From: Octopus bimaculoides
Lineage: Eukaryota
Reading direction: 5' to 3'
Length of the DNA stretch: 64,000 bases
NCBI RefSeq assembly: GCF_001194135.2
Contig: NC_069004.1
Span: forward strand, 15,164,365 to 15,228,364
The translations under genes were made by a program, and so were the position numbers. Positions 39,338-52,330 of this stretch are shown here, one piece after another (the first letter of the stretch is position 1; the number at the start of each line of letters is the position of its first letter). The notes below the pieces were generated by a model. That model was given only the letters and a program-made list of their open reading frames with translations. It searched no databases and was not told the DNA's origin.

Positions 39338-41461
39338 ATTGCATAAGACATGCGTGTAGGACACTGCACAAGATATGCATGAAGAACACTGCACAAGATG
39401 CTTGTAGAACTCTGTGCAAAACACACCTGTGCAACACTGTGCAAGACACCTGTAGGACACTGCACAAAACACACCTGTGCAAGATATACCTGCAGGACAC
39501 TGTGCAAGATACACCTGTAGGGCAGTACATAGGACACACCTGTAGGACAGTACACAAGACACACCTGTAGGGCACTGCACAAGACACACCTGTAGGACAC
39601 TGCACAAGGCATACCTGTAGGACACTGCACAAGACACACCTGTAGGACACTGCACAAGACACACCAATAAGACACTGCAAAAAACACACCTATAAGACAC
39701 TGCATAAGACACACCTATAGGACACTGCACAAGACATGCCTGTAGGACACTGCACAAGACATGCCTGTAGGACACTGCACAATATACACCTGTAAGACGT
39801 TACACAAGACACACCTGTAATACACTGCACAAGACACACATGTAGAAGACTGCACAAAACCCACCTGCAGGACATTACACAAGACACACCTGTAGGAGTC
39901 TGCACACGGCACACTTGTAGGGCACTGCACAAGACACACTTGTAGGACACTGTGCTGCACTAGACATGTCTGTAGGAAATTGTACTGCACTAAACACACT
40001 TGTAGGACACTGCACAAGACACCTGTAGGACACTGCACAAGACACACCTGTAGGATACTGCACAAGACACACCTGTAGGATACTGCACAAGAAACACCTC
40101 TAGGACACTTTACTAAAAACACAGATGTACGACACTGCACAAAACACACCTGTAAAACACTACACACAAGACACACCTATAGGACATTGCACAAAATGCA
40201 CCTCAAAAATGTTGCACAAGACACACCTGTAGGACACTGCTCAAGACATACTTGGAGGACACTGTTCAAGACATACCTGTAGGACACTGTGTGAGACATA
40301 CCTCTAAGACACTATGAGACATACCTGTAGGGCACTGTGTGAGACATACCTCTAAGACACTATGAGACATACCTGTAGGGCACTGTGTGAGACATACCTG
40401 TAAGACACTGCATGAGACATACCTGTAGGACACAGCACAAAACCCACTTGTAGGGCACTGTGTCAGACACAAATGTAGAACACTGCACAAAATGCACTTG
40501 TGTGACACTGTACAAAACACAAGTGTAGGACACTGTACTGCACAAAACACACCTGTAGGACACTGCACAGAACACGTTTGTAAGACAATGCACAAAACAC
40601 TCTTGTAAGACACTTCATGAGACCCACCTGTAGGATACTACACAAAACAAACCTGTTGGACATTTCATAAAACACACATGTGGGACACTGCATAAGACAC
40701 ACCTATAAATCACTGCACAAAGCACATCTGTGCCACACTGCACGGAACATGCCTGTGGGACAATGCAAAAAACACACCTGTGGGACACTGCAAAAAACAA
40801 CACACTTTGTGGGGCACTACACAAAACATACCTGTGAGGCACTGCATAAGTCACACCTATAAAACACTGCACAAGACACACCTGCAGGACACAGCAGAAG
40901 ACACAACTGCAGCACACTGCACAAGACACACCTGTGGCACACTGCACAAGACACATCTGAAGGCACAGCACAAGACACGCCTGTGAGACACTGCACAAGA
41001 TGCCTGTGGAAAACTGCACAAAGCATGCCTGTGGCACACTGCACAAGACATGCTTGTAGGACACTGCACAAAACACACTTGTGGGACACTACACAAAACA
41101 CACCTGTGGAACACTGCACAAGACAGCTGTAGGACACTGCACAAGACACAGCTGTGTGACACTGCATAAAACACACCTGTAGTGCACTGCACAAGACACA
41201 CACATAGAAGATTGCACAAAACACACATGCAGGACATTACACAAGACACATGTGTAGGAGTCTGCACATGGCACACCTGTAAGACATGGCATAAGGCACA
41301 CCTGTAGGACACTGCACAAAGCGCACTTGTAAGACACTGCACAGAACACACTTGTAGGACACTGCAGAAGACACACCTGTAGGACACTGCACAAAACACA
41401 CCTGTAGGACACTGCACAAAACACACCTGTAGGACACTGCACAAAACACACCTGTGGGACG
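39338..41461. repeat. 25-bp minisatellite, about 85 degenerate units
   Basis: Consensus ctgcacaagacacacctgtaggaca; produces Cys-rich ORFs in all minus frames. Confidence 0.95.
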
Positions 41462-41477
41462 TGTCTTTAATACTCAC

Positions 41478-41617
41478 TTATAGTATTTCATCTTGGACTC
41501 AAAACCATGCATTAATGTTGTTGTAACAATTGTATTGGCCACAGCTTGTCCATAACCTTTCCTCGTCTGAGTGACCAACATACCACGTACAGAGTATTTA
41601 CATTTGGTGAGGATACC
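41478..41617 (-). CDS. PGAP6: PGAP6/TMEM8 exon: GILTKCKYSVRGMLVTQ...ESKMKYY
   Basis: ctgcAG acceptor and AA|GTgagt donor; bridges the phase 0 to phase 2 requirement between neighbouring exons. Confidence 0.85.
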
Positions 41618-44169
41618 CTGCAGAAAAATGTACAGTACCACCATCATAATCATTCTAAGCATCATCATCAGCATCACAGCATGACATTTACATAACCTTT
41701 AACCCTTTAGCATTCAGATTACTCTGCGAAATGTGATGTTTGTTTATTCACATTGTTTTGAATTAATCATGAATTAAACTTGTAGCTTCAAAATTTTGAT
41801 AAAGTGATTGCCTGTTTTTAGAATGACATTGTATATAGGGTCAGCCTGAGAGGCAGAGTTTGGCCAGTTTGAGTATAAAATAAGTAGAATATTTGAGCCT
41901 AATATGGCTGGTTTAAATGCTGAAGGGTTAAACATGGATGATATAAAACAGAAAATAGCATAACAGCATAATAATTAGCTCAGTTATTAGCAGAAAGTTG
42001 AAGAGAAAGTAGATGTTATACATGGCAGATGTACAAGAGCAATAAACACAAAGAAAAACAAAGGAGATAGATTTTCTTAAACGCCCAGGAGATTCTCTGG
42101 AGCTAATAGATACTTTCTGATACTTAGGTAGTCAAATTCGCAGTGAAGAAGGATGTTCTGAAAGAATAGTAGCTGGAATAAGAACAGGATGGAGAAAATT
42201 CAGAAAGCTATTACCTCTGTTGGTAATAAAAGGTCTTTCTATCAGAGTGAAAAGAAAATTGTATGATGCTTGAGAACAAACAGCAATGCTACATGGTAGT
42301 GAGAATAGAGTCGAGAATGCAGAGAGCATGCGAAGACTAAAAAGAAATGAAACAAGCCTGCTCTGTTGCAGTACAATGTAAGTGCATTCATGGCAAAATG
42401 TATATGCATTGAGAGAAAAATTGGGCGTAAGCGGAATCAGATGTAGTGTGCAAGAGAGAAGACTGGGTCGGTATGGCCATGTGAAGCATATGGATGAGAA
42501 CAGCTGTATAAAGAAGTGCCAACTGCTAAATGTGGATGGAACTTGTGAAAGAAGACGATCCAGGAAGACATGGGACAAGTAGTGAAGTTTTATCTCAAGA
42601 TGCTGAGCCTTGTGGAATAGAAATGACAAAGGATCAAGGTGATTGGTATTTGCTGTACTCAAGACCTGTCCATCTCAATGAAAGTGAGGTCTCAAAAAGC
42701 ATTAGGTTTATGGATCTTGCCTCTACATCCAACTTGTACTTGTGAAGCCTTCCCTGCCTTTTATCTTCCTAACACCCATCCTTCCACTTTTCTAACTGTG
42801 ACCTTATTCAACTGCTATAACCAAGAGAAAAATATGCACACATTTCATTCTCCTTTGTACTACTAGTTACTTCTCCTCTCCTAAAACCACTTCCTTTCAA
42901 AATCCATCCCTTCCACTTTACTTTTCACCTCTCATCCCTTTCTGTATCTCACTGAGATACATTTTAGGACTGCTATTACTTTATCTTTAACACCCTCCAT
43001 CATTCTCATCACCCTGGCATATCTGCCATTGACAACCCTCCTCCCTACACACACACACACACACACTTGTCTCCTCCACTCACTACTGCCACCCTTTTGT
43101 ATCTCTGACATCCATCTCTTTCACTGTACACCTCTCTCTCTCTCTCTTTCTTTCACACACCTAGTACATCCTCTACATAATTTCTTATCTACCCACAGGT
43201 ATGTTATACTGCTGCTCTCCTACCTTCCCGTACTGCCATTTATCACCTCCTCCTTTCTGAACAACTTCTCACCTCTCCCCCACCATACTGACATTTACCA
43301 TCAGCCCCACCTCCACCTGTGTTCCATTCACTACACTCACCCTACACCCATCTCTAACTATCTGTGACCCTCTCCTCATCCTCTCACACTCTAATGAACT
43401 TATTCACCCCTCCTTTCCAGTTCTTTGTCCTTATTCTCTCCTATACTCAACTTCTTGTATCTTGAAAGTGCACTCTGGCACTTCATTACTGCTATTACTA
43501 TTGTTGTCTTCTTTTCAGCTTCTTACCTCCATCCTCATAACGTGAGATGGCCATGTATCTCCTCCAGAGCAAGATACCCGAATCTGTCCCTCTATCATAC
43601 TTTAGACTCTAAACACCTGGCATAAATCCACCTCCCTCTCTACTACAATTTTACTTAATTGAGGATCTTTTCTTTGTCTTGTGAGTTGCCTGACAACCTC
43701 ACTGTTGCCTGTGGAATATAAAAAAAAAAAGCACCCAGTACAATCTGTAAAGTGGTTGGTCTCTCCCCATAGAAACTATGCCAAAACAGACATTGAAGCT
43801 CAACACAGTCCGCCAACTTATTGGATCCTGTCAAATCATCCAGCTTGTGCTGGCAAGCAAGACAAATATTACATGATGATGGTGATATATATATCATATT
43901 TTGATAGGTTATCATCATTAGATATTATATTCTTGGACATGCACATGGTACCAGGCTGGATTTGGACAAGGAAACTTTCAAGCAAGGTGTTCCCAACTAG
44001 TAATACTTGCATTCTCTGAGAGTGAGATATTATTTCATAGGGTGAGACAAAGAGGGAAAGTATATACTTTATTAAAATCACTTTTCAGAAAAAAATTATT
44101 AAACAATTCCTAAGAAATAACTTTGTTTTATTAAGCACAGCAGAAATTTTATTGTTCCACAGTACCAAA

Positions 44170-45423
44170 CAGGGGTTGGACAAAATAATGGAAACACCTT
44201 AAAATTTCAAACAAATTTATTTTAATATGGGGTACGATCGCCTTCGGCAGTAATTACAGCTTGAATTCTACGAGGTAAGGACTCGTACAAAGTTTGAATT
44301 GCTTCCAAAGGAATTTTTGTCCATTCTTCAGCTAAAACAGTCTCCAGTTCTTGTAGTGATGATGGTGGTGGATATCGACTCCTTATTTGTTTTTCTAAAA
44401 TGCACTATAAATGTTCAATAATATTGAGATCTGGGGACTGTGGTGGCCAGATAAGATGTTCAACTTCACTAGAATGTTCCTCGTGCCATTCAGTAACAGC
44501 TTTAGCTGTGTGAATTGGTGCATTATCATCATGAAACAATTCTGCAACCATAGGATGAATTTGATCAGATAAAATGCTTAAATAGTCATGACTATTAATT
44601 CTGCCATAAAAGGGAAACCATTGGGCCAGCGGATTTCCAAGATATAGCCCCACCAGATCATCACAGATCCTCCTTCACGTTTAACAGTTGGAAGAAGGCA
44701 GTCTGGATCAAATGCTTCTTTTGGCTGTCTCCACACATATACTTAGCCAGTGGTCGGAAATAAGGTAAAGGATGACTTGTCTGAGAAAATAACATTCTTC
44801 CACTGCTCTAGGGACCAATTCTGTAGGTTTTCACTTCACTCTAAACACTTTGCAATGTTTGTTTTTGGAAGTAGTGGTTTTCTAATTGCAGCCCTCCTGT
44901 GAAATGCAGCTTTGTGCAGCGCCCGGCGAACAGTTTTTGTGGAAACTGGGTTCTCGAGGTGGTCATTAAGCTCTGCAGTAATTTTGGGAGCTGTACTTTT
45001 GTGATCCTTTCTAACAATTTGCATAAGAGTCTGATGGTCCCTATCTGAAAGTCTTGGTTTTCTTCCAGAGTTTTGTTTCGACAAGGAGGTTTTTCACTCT
45101 TTCTCAAAGGCTGTCATTACTTTCGAGACAGTACATTTTGATATCACCAAACATTTTGGCTGTTTTGTTATGCTAGCACTTGCCATATGAGCACCAACAA
45201 TTTGACCGCTTTGAAAGTCCGATAGATCTGTCATTTTAATGAATTTTAATTACCTTTTTCTGGTGATATCTGAAAAGAAACAGCAATTTTAGCAAAACAT
45301 ATTAAGCAACACTAATAATAAATCAAAAAGCATAAAAATAAACAAGCTTTTGACAGTTTTATAGATATTTCAAGATTTTGATGCTATGATGCTAAGTGTT
45401 TCCATTATTTTGTCCAACCCCTA
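44170..45423 (-). mobile_element. Full-length degenerate Tc1-like DNA transposon
   Basis: About 28-bp TIRs (caggggttggacaaaataatggaaacac / gtgtttccattattttgtccaacccct). Transposase pieces MTDLSDFQSGQIVG, SGRKPRLSDRD...RKPLL and DDNAPIH...WPPQSPDLNIIEHL, with frameshifts. Confidence 0.93.
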
Positions 45424-45793
45424 TATGTCATTGAATTTCTAATAAATAAACTTAGAAAACTGATTTTTCTCATTTCCAAATGTAATATTGGTTTCAAATT
45501 TTGGCACAAAATTTGAAACCAATATTAGGGTCGGGGGGCTAAGTCATTAACATCAACCCCAGTGCTCAAATCATACTTATTTCATCGACCCCAAAAGGAT
45601 GAAAGCCAAAGTCAACCTCAACAGAATTTGAACTCAGAGTGTAAAGATAAAGTGCTGCTAAGTATTTTACCCAGTGTGCTAATGGTTCTGCCAGCTACCT
45701 ACCTTATTATTCCTTCCAAAATGTTCTCTCATAAATTTATTTGTACTTCACACTGTATTACTTGTACTCTAGTAATAACTAACATATAATTAC

Positions 45794-45998
45794 CTTCTGT
45801 TGTATTTTTTCATTGGGGTTTGGTAAAAGTGCAGCTGCAAACCATGGTCCATGTCTTGGTGCATCCATATTAATGACAGTTGTCCTGTTGTCAGAACGTA
45901 AGATGAAACGCTCGGAAAATGTTCGTTTTAAGTAGAATGTATTTGGAAATGTTTTGTTGGTGAGGTTGATGATAGGAAAACTGCCATACTGTAAAAAA
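45794..45998 (-). CDS. PGAP6: PGAP6/TMEM8 exon: FLQYGSFPIIN...DAPRHGPWFAAALLPNPNEKIQQK
   Basis: Polypyrimidine tract + ccAG acceptor, AAG|GTaatt donor; within ORF 45779..46090. Confidence 0.9.
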
Positions 45999-47914
45999 CT
46001 GGAAAGGAAAAAAAAAAAAGTTAAAATCAGTATTGAAGGAGATACAACCATAAAAGATAAACAAGCTGGAAATTGCAGGTCAAGTCCCATCAGAGGTACA
46101 GAATTTTTTTTATAGGCGTAGGTGTGGCTGTGTGGTAAGAAGCTTAGATTGCAAATTTAAAGACACATAGTTTATGTTAAAACTAGCCCCTTGTGGGCAA
46201 TAAAGAAATAAGAAGCTTGTGATAAGAAAACTAAAAATAAATGAAGCAAGCTTGCTCTGTTGCATGTACAATGTAAGTGCATGACAAAACGTAAATGTGT
46301 TGAGAGAAAAACTGGGCATAAAATGAATCAGATGTAGTATGCAAATGTGAAGATTACACTGGTATTGCTCAGTAGTGCATATGGATGAGAAGAGCTGCAA
46401 GGTTCAACATCGGTTTTCACCACTTCATCCCATGTCTTCCTCTTCCACAGGTCCGATCAACTTTGTGTGCTCAGCACTTCCTTTATGCAGCTTTCATTAT
46501 ACACATCACACATCCATATCATCACAGTTCTCTCTCTTACAAACTACAGCTCATTCCTCATGTGCACAGTTTTCCTCTGAGGTCATTTGTCCCATGTTGT
46601 TCAAGCAGACTGACATTATGCCTCCATTGGAACATGCTTGTGCCATTTCTTTCTAGCCTTTGCTTATCCTCAACATTCAAGGCTCAGATCTCATTACACT
46701 TCACACTCAAGTATCATCTCAGAGTATTGGTAACGAGTGCCTCATTTATAGATAATGACAATGAAAACTTTTAGTAAGATTAAAAAACAAGAAAACAAGA
46801 GGTAGATTACTGAGTGGAAGGGACATCAAAAAGGTTTCCAGAAGTCAGTCGTGGTTATGGTGGTGTGAATACAAGGTGAAAAGATTGGCAAACCAAGGTG
46901 TTGAAGGATTAATGAATCCAAGCAAAAGAGTCACTTAACTTTCCATTTAACAGCCCAATCAAATCCAGTAAGATGAGAATCAAATGAAACTTATATCATT
47001 AGCAGAATTTAGTATTAACACACACACACACACACAAGAAAAGAGAACCAGTATTTCATAAAGGGCAATTGGATGTATCTCATTCTTAATGTAAAGTTTT
47101 ATGATAAATTAGGTGACAGGTGTATAATAAAGAATACAGTTTTCAAAGATGTTGTCTCCAACAACTGCACCATCTGTACTACCTGCGTAGGCTTTATGTT
47201 AACACGAGAATGAAACAACTCAGAAGAAAATACAACTTCAAATAAAAAAGAAAATTATGTATTTCATGATCCTCTGTAAAATTCAAATTATCATATAACT
47301 TTGCAAAATACCTACAAAACATTCATAAGTATTGTTTGTAATTAATGTGTAGCAAAAAAGCCAATGTATTCAGAGAAATAACTACATTTCTACAAAATTG
47401 CAGTCATGGCAGATACCGGTGTACACAAAATAGCACCCATTGCCAGTGATACATAAAAGCACCCCAGTGTTATGCAAAAGGCACTCGTACAGTAGCATGT
47501 AAAAGCACCCATTACACTCTCGGAGTGGTTGTCGTTAGGAAGGGCATTCAGCCGTAGAAAAAAAAACCATGCCAAATCAGACTGGAGTCTGGTGCAGCCT
47601 TTCAGTGTGCCAGCCTGGTCAAACCATCCAACCCATGCCAACATGGACAATGGACATTAAATGACGATGTTGATGATGATGGTAACGCATGCTAAGTAAA
47701 AACAAATGTGCAACAATATGATGATGAAAGAATTTTGCAGCAGAAATGAGCTGAGTGACTGGAGACAGATGAAGTTTTTAAAAAGATCAAAGAGTGATAG
47801 GTTTCAACACACAAAGGGTTAAGGCAACAGGAATAGAGATTATTAAATATAGCTTCATCCAACACAACCATGTATCAATGAATATGCTAAAGATATTAGA
47901 CTATGTTTTTTAAC

Positions 47915-48450
47915 GAGCTCACTGGCTAATCACAACACCAGTGTCTGTCCTGAGATGGCAGGGATTTATCTCTCTGCTAGCAATATAAGCAAGCATGCAT
48001 TTTGCACCAAAAGCCTATAGGAGAGTATCTCTCGTGCTATCTACTGCAGTATAGTTTGTTCTAACAGAACATCCAGGTTTAAGTGGGGATAAATATTACC
48101 TCTCAGTATTAATACTGCCTCTGTCGCTAATATATATTTTTTAACAAGCTCAGTGGTTAATCATGACACCAGCGCCTGTCCTGGTACTGACTTTCTATAG
48201 ACTGCTGGTGGGGAGATGAGTTGCTGCTATCTCTAGCGGTTGAGTGTCTGTCAATGAAAAGATCAAGGAAGGTCGAAATCATGTGATCTAATGCTCTCGG
48301 CACTGGAGATGGCAGGGATTTATCTCCCACTAGCAATATAAACAGGTGAGCATTTTACATCAAAAGCCCATATGAGAATTTCTCTCATGGTATCTACTGC
48401 AGTATAGTTTGTTCTAACAGAACATCCACATTTAAATGAGAATAAATATT
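47915..48450. repeat. Diverged tandem duplication (about 190-bp unit; second copy has about 120 extra bp)
   Basis: gagatggcagggatttatctc...ctactgcagtatagtttgttctaacagaacatcca occurs twice. Confidence 0.8.
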
Positions 48451-48955
48451 AGCATTAGACACTATGGAGACAGAAAATAGCAACAGGCCTAGTGACAGGA
48501 TTTGAACAACTAATTTAACACTTCTAGGTAATCATGCTGTTAGCAATTTACCTTTTTCAAACCATGAATCATTTTGTTTCATTGTTGTGTATATTTTTTT
48601 TTTTTTGTTATTTTATTAACTATTTTATCTTTGACATGCTTTATCAGTCATTTAGTCATTTATTGCTAACAGACAAGGCCACTTTACTAATGTCCAACAT
48701 AGTAAGATATCCTACTTTGTTTCTTCTTTTTATGTTTGTGATAAGAAATAACCGATTAATCAAATTACAAATTATCTACAGGCGTGGTAAGAAGCTTACT
48801 TCCAAACTACATAATTCCAGGCCCAGTCTCACTACACAGCACCTTGGGCAAGTGTCTTCTACTACAGCCTCAGGCCAACCAAAGCCTTGTGAGTGGATTT
48901 AGTAGATGGAAACTGAAAGAAGCCCATTGTATGTATGTATATATATATATATATA

Positions 48956-49310
48956 TACAGGGTGTGGTGAATAAACTGTCGTCTAAATTACACAAAAATG
49001 AAAATAACACTGACATCTCATTTTAACATATATTTACCAAAATTACATTAAAATATCTTGAAATACTAAAGAGTAAATTTATTCAATAAAATCGCCATTG
49101 GCTTCAACCACAGCCTCTAGATGACTTCAGAATCTCCTACAACTCTTCTGGACAGTCTCCTTGTTTAAGTCGGTGAATGTTACCATAATCCTTGCCTTCA
49201 GCTCATCTTTGGTGTTACAAGGAGTTTTGTTGGTCTCTCATTCAACTGCACCCCACCCATTATAATCAAGGGGGTTGCAGCCTGGGGAGTTAGGTGGCCA
49301 GATGTTAGGG
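48956..49310 (-). mobile_element. 3' end of mariner/maT-like transposon
   Basis: TA-CAGGGTG terminus; minus-strand NIWPPNSPGCNPLDY...VVEANGDFIE*, similar to 52110-52330. Confidence 0.75.
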
Positions 49311-49673
49311 ATCAGGAACTTTTTTTAACCAATTACCCCAAAATACGTTTATTTACACTGATGTTACCCCCTTTATTTGAAAGGAAGAAAATCATAGATT
49401 CTTTGAATTCAAAAGGTTTACTGAATCCATTTTATTGAATCTATTTAAACATCCATTACATTAGAAAGATGCAATGTTGCCAGAAAAAAATTTCTGTCAT
49501 AACAAGGAACACATATTATGTAATTTTACTTAAGTCTAATGAGTCCTCATTACCCACAAGAATTTCATTTTTACCCTACTTGGGGTAATTTACTCTGGTT
49601 CACCAACCCCTGTTCTAAGCCATAACGCTTTTTTTTCTATTTTCTTTTTTTTTTGTTTCAAAATCCAACTTAC

Positions 49674-49848
49674 ATGTAAACCTGCTTAACTTCGCAACTG
49701 GCTTTATCTGAGAAACTTTGGAACTTCCATATACTCTGTGTGGATGCTTCTGGAACAGTGAATTCTAACAGCTGTGAATCAGGGAACAAATGGTAACCTC
49801 GAATTTGTAATGGAGGGGTCCATGACACATAATCTTGATATATGACTT
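49674..49848 (-). CDS. PGAP6: PGAP6/TMEM8 coding exon (first visible): VIYQDYVSW...EFTVPEASTQSIWKFQSFSDKASCEVKQVY
   Basis: Acceptor tctttcAG and donor GTaagt. Starts phase 1 and ends phase 2 (AT|T = Ile with the next exon). Resembles the TMEM8 N-terminal F.VPE...W.F...C segment. Absent from the ORF track. Confidence 0.85.
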
Positions 49849-50942
49849 CTGAAAGACAAAATATTTTTTAAAAAATATTTAGTATAGCAACATTACACTG
49901 TCTGGAACAATAACATCTATATCATAATTTCTTTGTTCGTGTGCCCATTATACTTTAGTTAGTTAGAGAGGTGGAGTGAGAGAGAGAGAGAGAGAGTCAG
50001 AGGGGAGAAATATGAGTAGAGAAAAAAGAAGAGAGGAGTATAATAATACACTAAGGCTAGATGCATCACATGGTTAGTTGAAGGGCGAGGCAAAGATGGT
50101 GAGGAAAAAGACAGTGAGAGAAAAGTGGGAGAGAGAAGTGTTAATGACGTACTGTAGGATGGGGAGAAAAAGGTGAAGAAAATGAGAGAAATTTTAAAGA
50201 TATGAAGAGGGGAATTACATGGTTAAAAAGTTTGTTGAAGAGGTAGAGAGAGAGGGGAATTTTAAAATCATATAATATATAATTGTGATTGGAAGGGAAA
50301 TAATTTAGCAAAATAAAAATATTGGATCTAGAATTTTCAGTTGTGCGATCACCAGCAATGCAACTTTCCAATGCTCTGTCGAGTAGGAGGATACCACAGT
50401 GAGAATGGAAGCTGCAGGTGTAGTCTTGAGTGAAGCCAACCATGGGTACAATAACCTCATACATAGGCATTGTCGACATTTTGCATAAGCGATGATCAGT
50501 AATGGTCTTCCTGAGTCACAAGTGTACATCATGTATGTATGTGTGTGTATGTATATGTATATNNNNNNNNNNNNNNNNNNNNNNNNNNNNNNNNNNNNNN
50601 NNNNNNNNNNNNNNNNNNNNNNNNNNNNNNNNNNNNNNNNNNNNNNNNNNNNNNNNNNNNNNNNNNNNNNNNNNNNNNNNNNNNNNNNNNNNNNNNNNNN
50701 NNNNNNNNNNNNNNNNNNNNNNNNNNNNNNNNNNNNNNNNNNNNNNNNNNTGGGTTGGACGATTTGACTGAGGACTGGTGAAACCGGATGGCAACACCAG
50801 GCTCCAATCTAATTTGGCAGAGTTTCTACAGCTGGATGCCCTTCCTAACGCCAACCACTCAGAGAGTGTAGTGGGTGCTTTTACGTGTCACCCGCACGAA
50901 AACGGCCACGCTCGAAATGGTGTCTTATATATATATAATTTA

Positions 50943-51106
50943 AAATTTAGGGTTCAGCAGGTATTGCTTCACCACACACCAAAAATTAAAAATAGCAGCC
51001 AAAACCACTATTTCTCTACTAAAATTTAAGTAGAGAAAGAGTGGTTTTGGCTGCTATTTCTAATTTTCGGTGTGTGGTGAAGCAATACTTGCTGAACCCT
51101 AAATTT
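50943..51106. repeat. Foldback palindrome (about 78-bp stem, 8-nt loop)
   Basis: aaatttagggttcagcag...tctctact-aaaattta-agtagaga...ctgaaccctaaattt, about 5 mismatches/indels. Confidence 0.92.
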
Positions 51107-51224
51107 CAAATTGTGTTTATATATTTACCGATAATGGTTTTAACACACCAAACTACTTGGTAAAATTACTGATTATCAATTAATTATTAATTTTTACCCT
51201 ATGTGTGTGTGTGTATATATATAT

Positions 51225-52330
51225 ATATACAAGGTGCATAAGGTATTTGAGGACATACCTTTTTTGGGTCACTGTTGCATTTTTTGCTAACTCTGTATAA
51301 TCTTTGTTTCAGAAAATAATAATGGCAGACCCTCAACTTACTCAAGAAATGAAGAGGCATGCTGTTATTGTGGTTATAAAGGCTGAGCATAGTGATTTAG
51401 AAATATCTTTATTTTTAAAAGTTACCAGATCTTTCATCTACAAAAGTTTGTAAGGAGTGAGAGACTGAAGATGGAAACGTCTCAACAGTATCAAAGCATA
51501 AAATGCATTCTAAATGCTCTGAAATCACTAGAACACCTGAATTTATCCAAGTTCAACAGACCATTGATTACAATCCCAGAAAATCCATGAGGTCAATTGC
51601 AAAAGATCTCCATGTGTCAGAAGGAACAGTCAGAAATGTTGTCCATGAAGACATCAGATGTCCATGAAGACATCAATGTCACATGGATAACTCATATTTT
51701 TCAAATAGTTTGCTTGTTATGTTGCTCAATAAGTAAATAAATAAAGGAAAATTTGTGTATATTTACACAGTTCAAAGAGCATTGCTGCTAAATGCTCTAT
51801 GAACAATGTAAAAGCTGTAAGATGTGACATGGACAGCTGCAACAGAAATTATGAAGTCGTGGCCAGTAAGAACGGACACAGCAGGCATTCTTACTGTGTC
51901 CGCATGCTAGAATTCATCCCACATCTTTGAAGAAGGCCTCAGGTTCAATTCCAATGGCCATGTGAAGCTGCTGGAGATTGTCGTCAATCTCTGGTTGGAG
52001 AGGGTTGCTGCTGGAAGGCCATATATGCAACAGCAGGATTTGGCTCCATACCTCCAGAATGGGTCAGAAGTAGTTGTTAGAAAACTTCTATGACTTCACA
52101 GACCCAATTTCTGGCATCCTAATTCACCTGATTATAATCCTATGGATTACTACGTGTGGGGTGCAGATGAGAAAGGCACAAACTGTTCTGCCTGCAACAC
52201 CAAGGTCAAGCTGGTGACCAAGATCAAGGTGTCTGAAGATCTTCCCAGGGACACAGTGAAGAATGCATGAGATAGGTTCTGGAGCCATCCTCAGGCTATG
52301 GTGGAAGCTAAGGACGACTACTTAGAGTAA
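51225..52330 (+). mobile_element. Degenerate mariner/maT-like transposon
   Basis: Fragmented transposase: HTH-like start MADPQLTQEMKRHAVI, QQDLAP, FWHPNSPDYNPMDYYVWG. Confidence 0.75.

Larger units (their letters stand above)
28070..49848 (-). other. PGAP6: Multi-exon gene span, PGAP6/TMEM8 family (post-GPI attachment factor 6 / TMEM8B-like), 5' incomplete
   Basis: Ten exons with AG/GT boundaries join in one frame (lengths 175, 205, 140, 284, 311, 212, 146, 179, 264, 291 nt; end phases 2,0,2,1,0,2,1,0,0). The product has TMEM8 hallmarks LLTLSN, FFSAVYHACD and YVHSIWH, plus an EGF-like module. The symbol is family-level; TMEM8A vs TMEM8B orthology is unresolved. Confidence 0.92.

Noticed and set aside
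39338-41461. CRISPR-like array
   Set aside because: Units are contiguous without unique spacers, there are no cas genes, and the context is eukaryotic.
39255-41477. Many Cys-rich ORFs suggesting metallothionein or keratin-associated proteins
   Set aside because: They are translation artefacts of a 25-bp satellite: they occur in all minus frames, shift frame constantly, and lie in an intron.
50305-50532. ORF as the signal-peptide first exon
   Set aside because: No phase-1 GT donor at a suitable position, and no clear hydrophobic signal peptide.
51459-51485. CTGAAGA-tg-GAAAC-GTC hammerhead-like string
   Set aside because: No room for stem II, and it lies inside a transposase relic.
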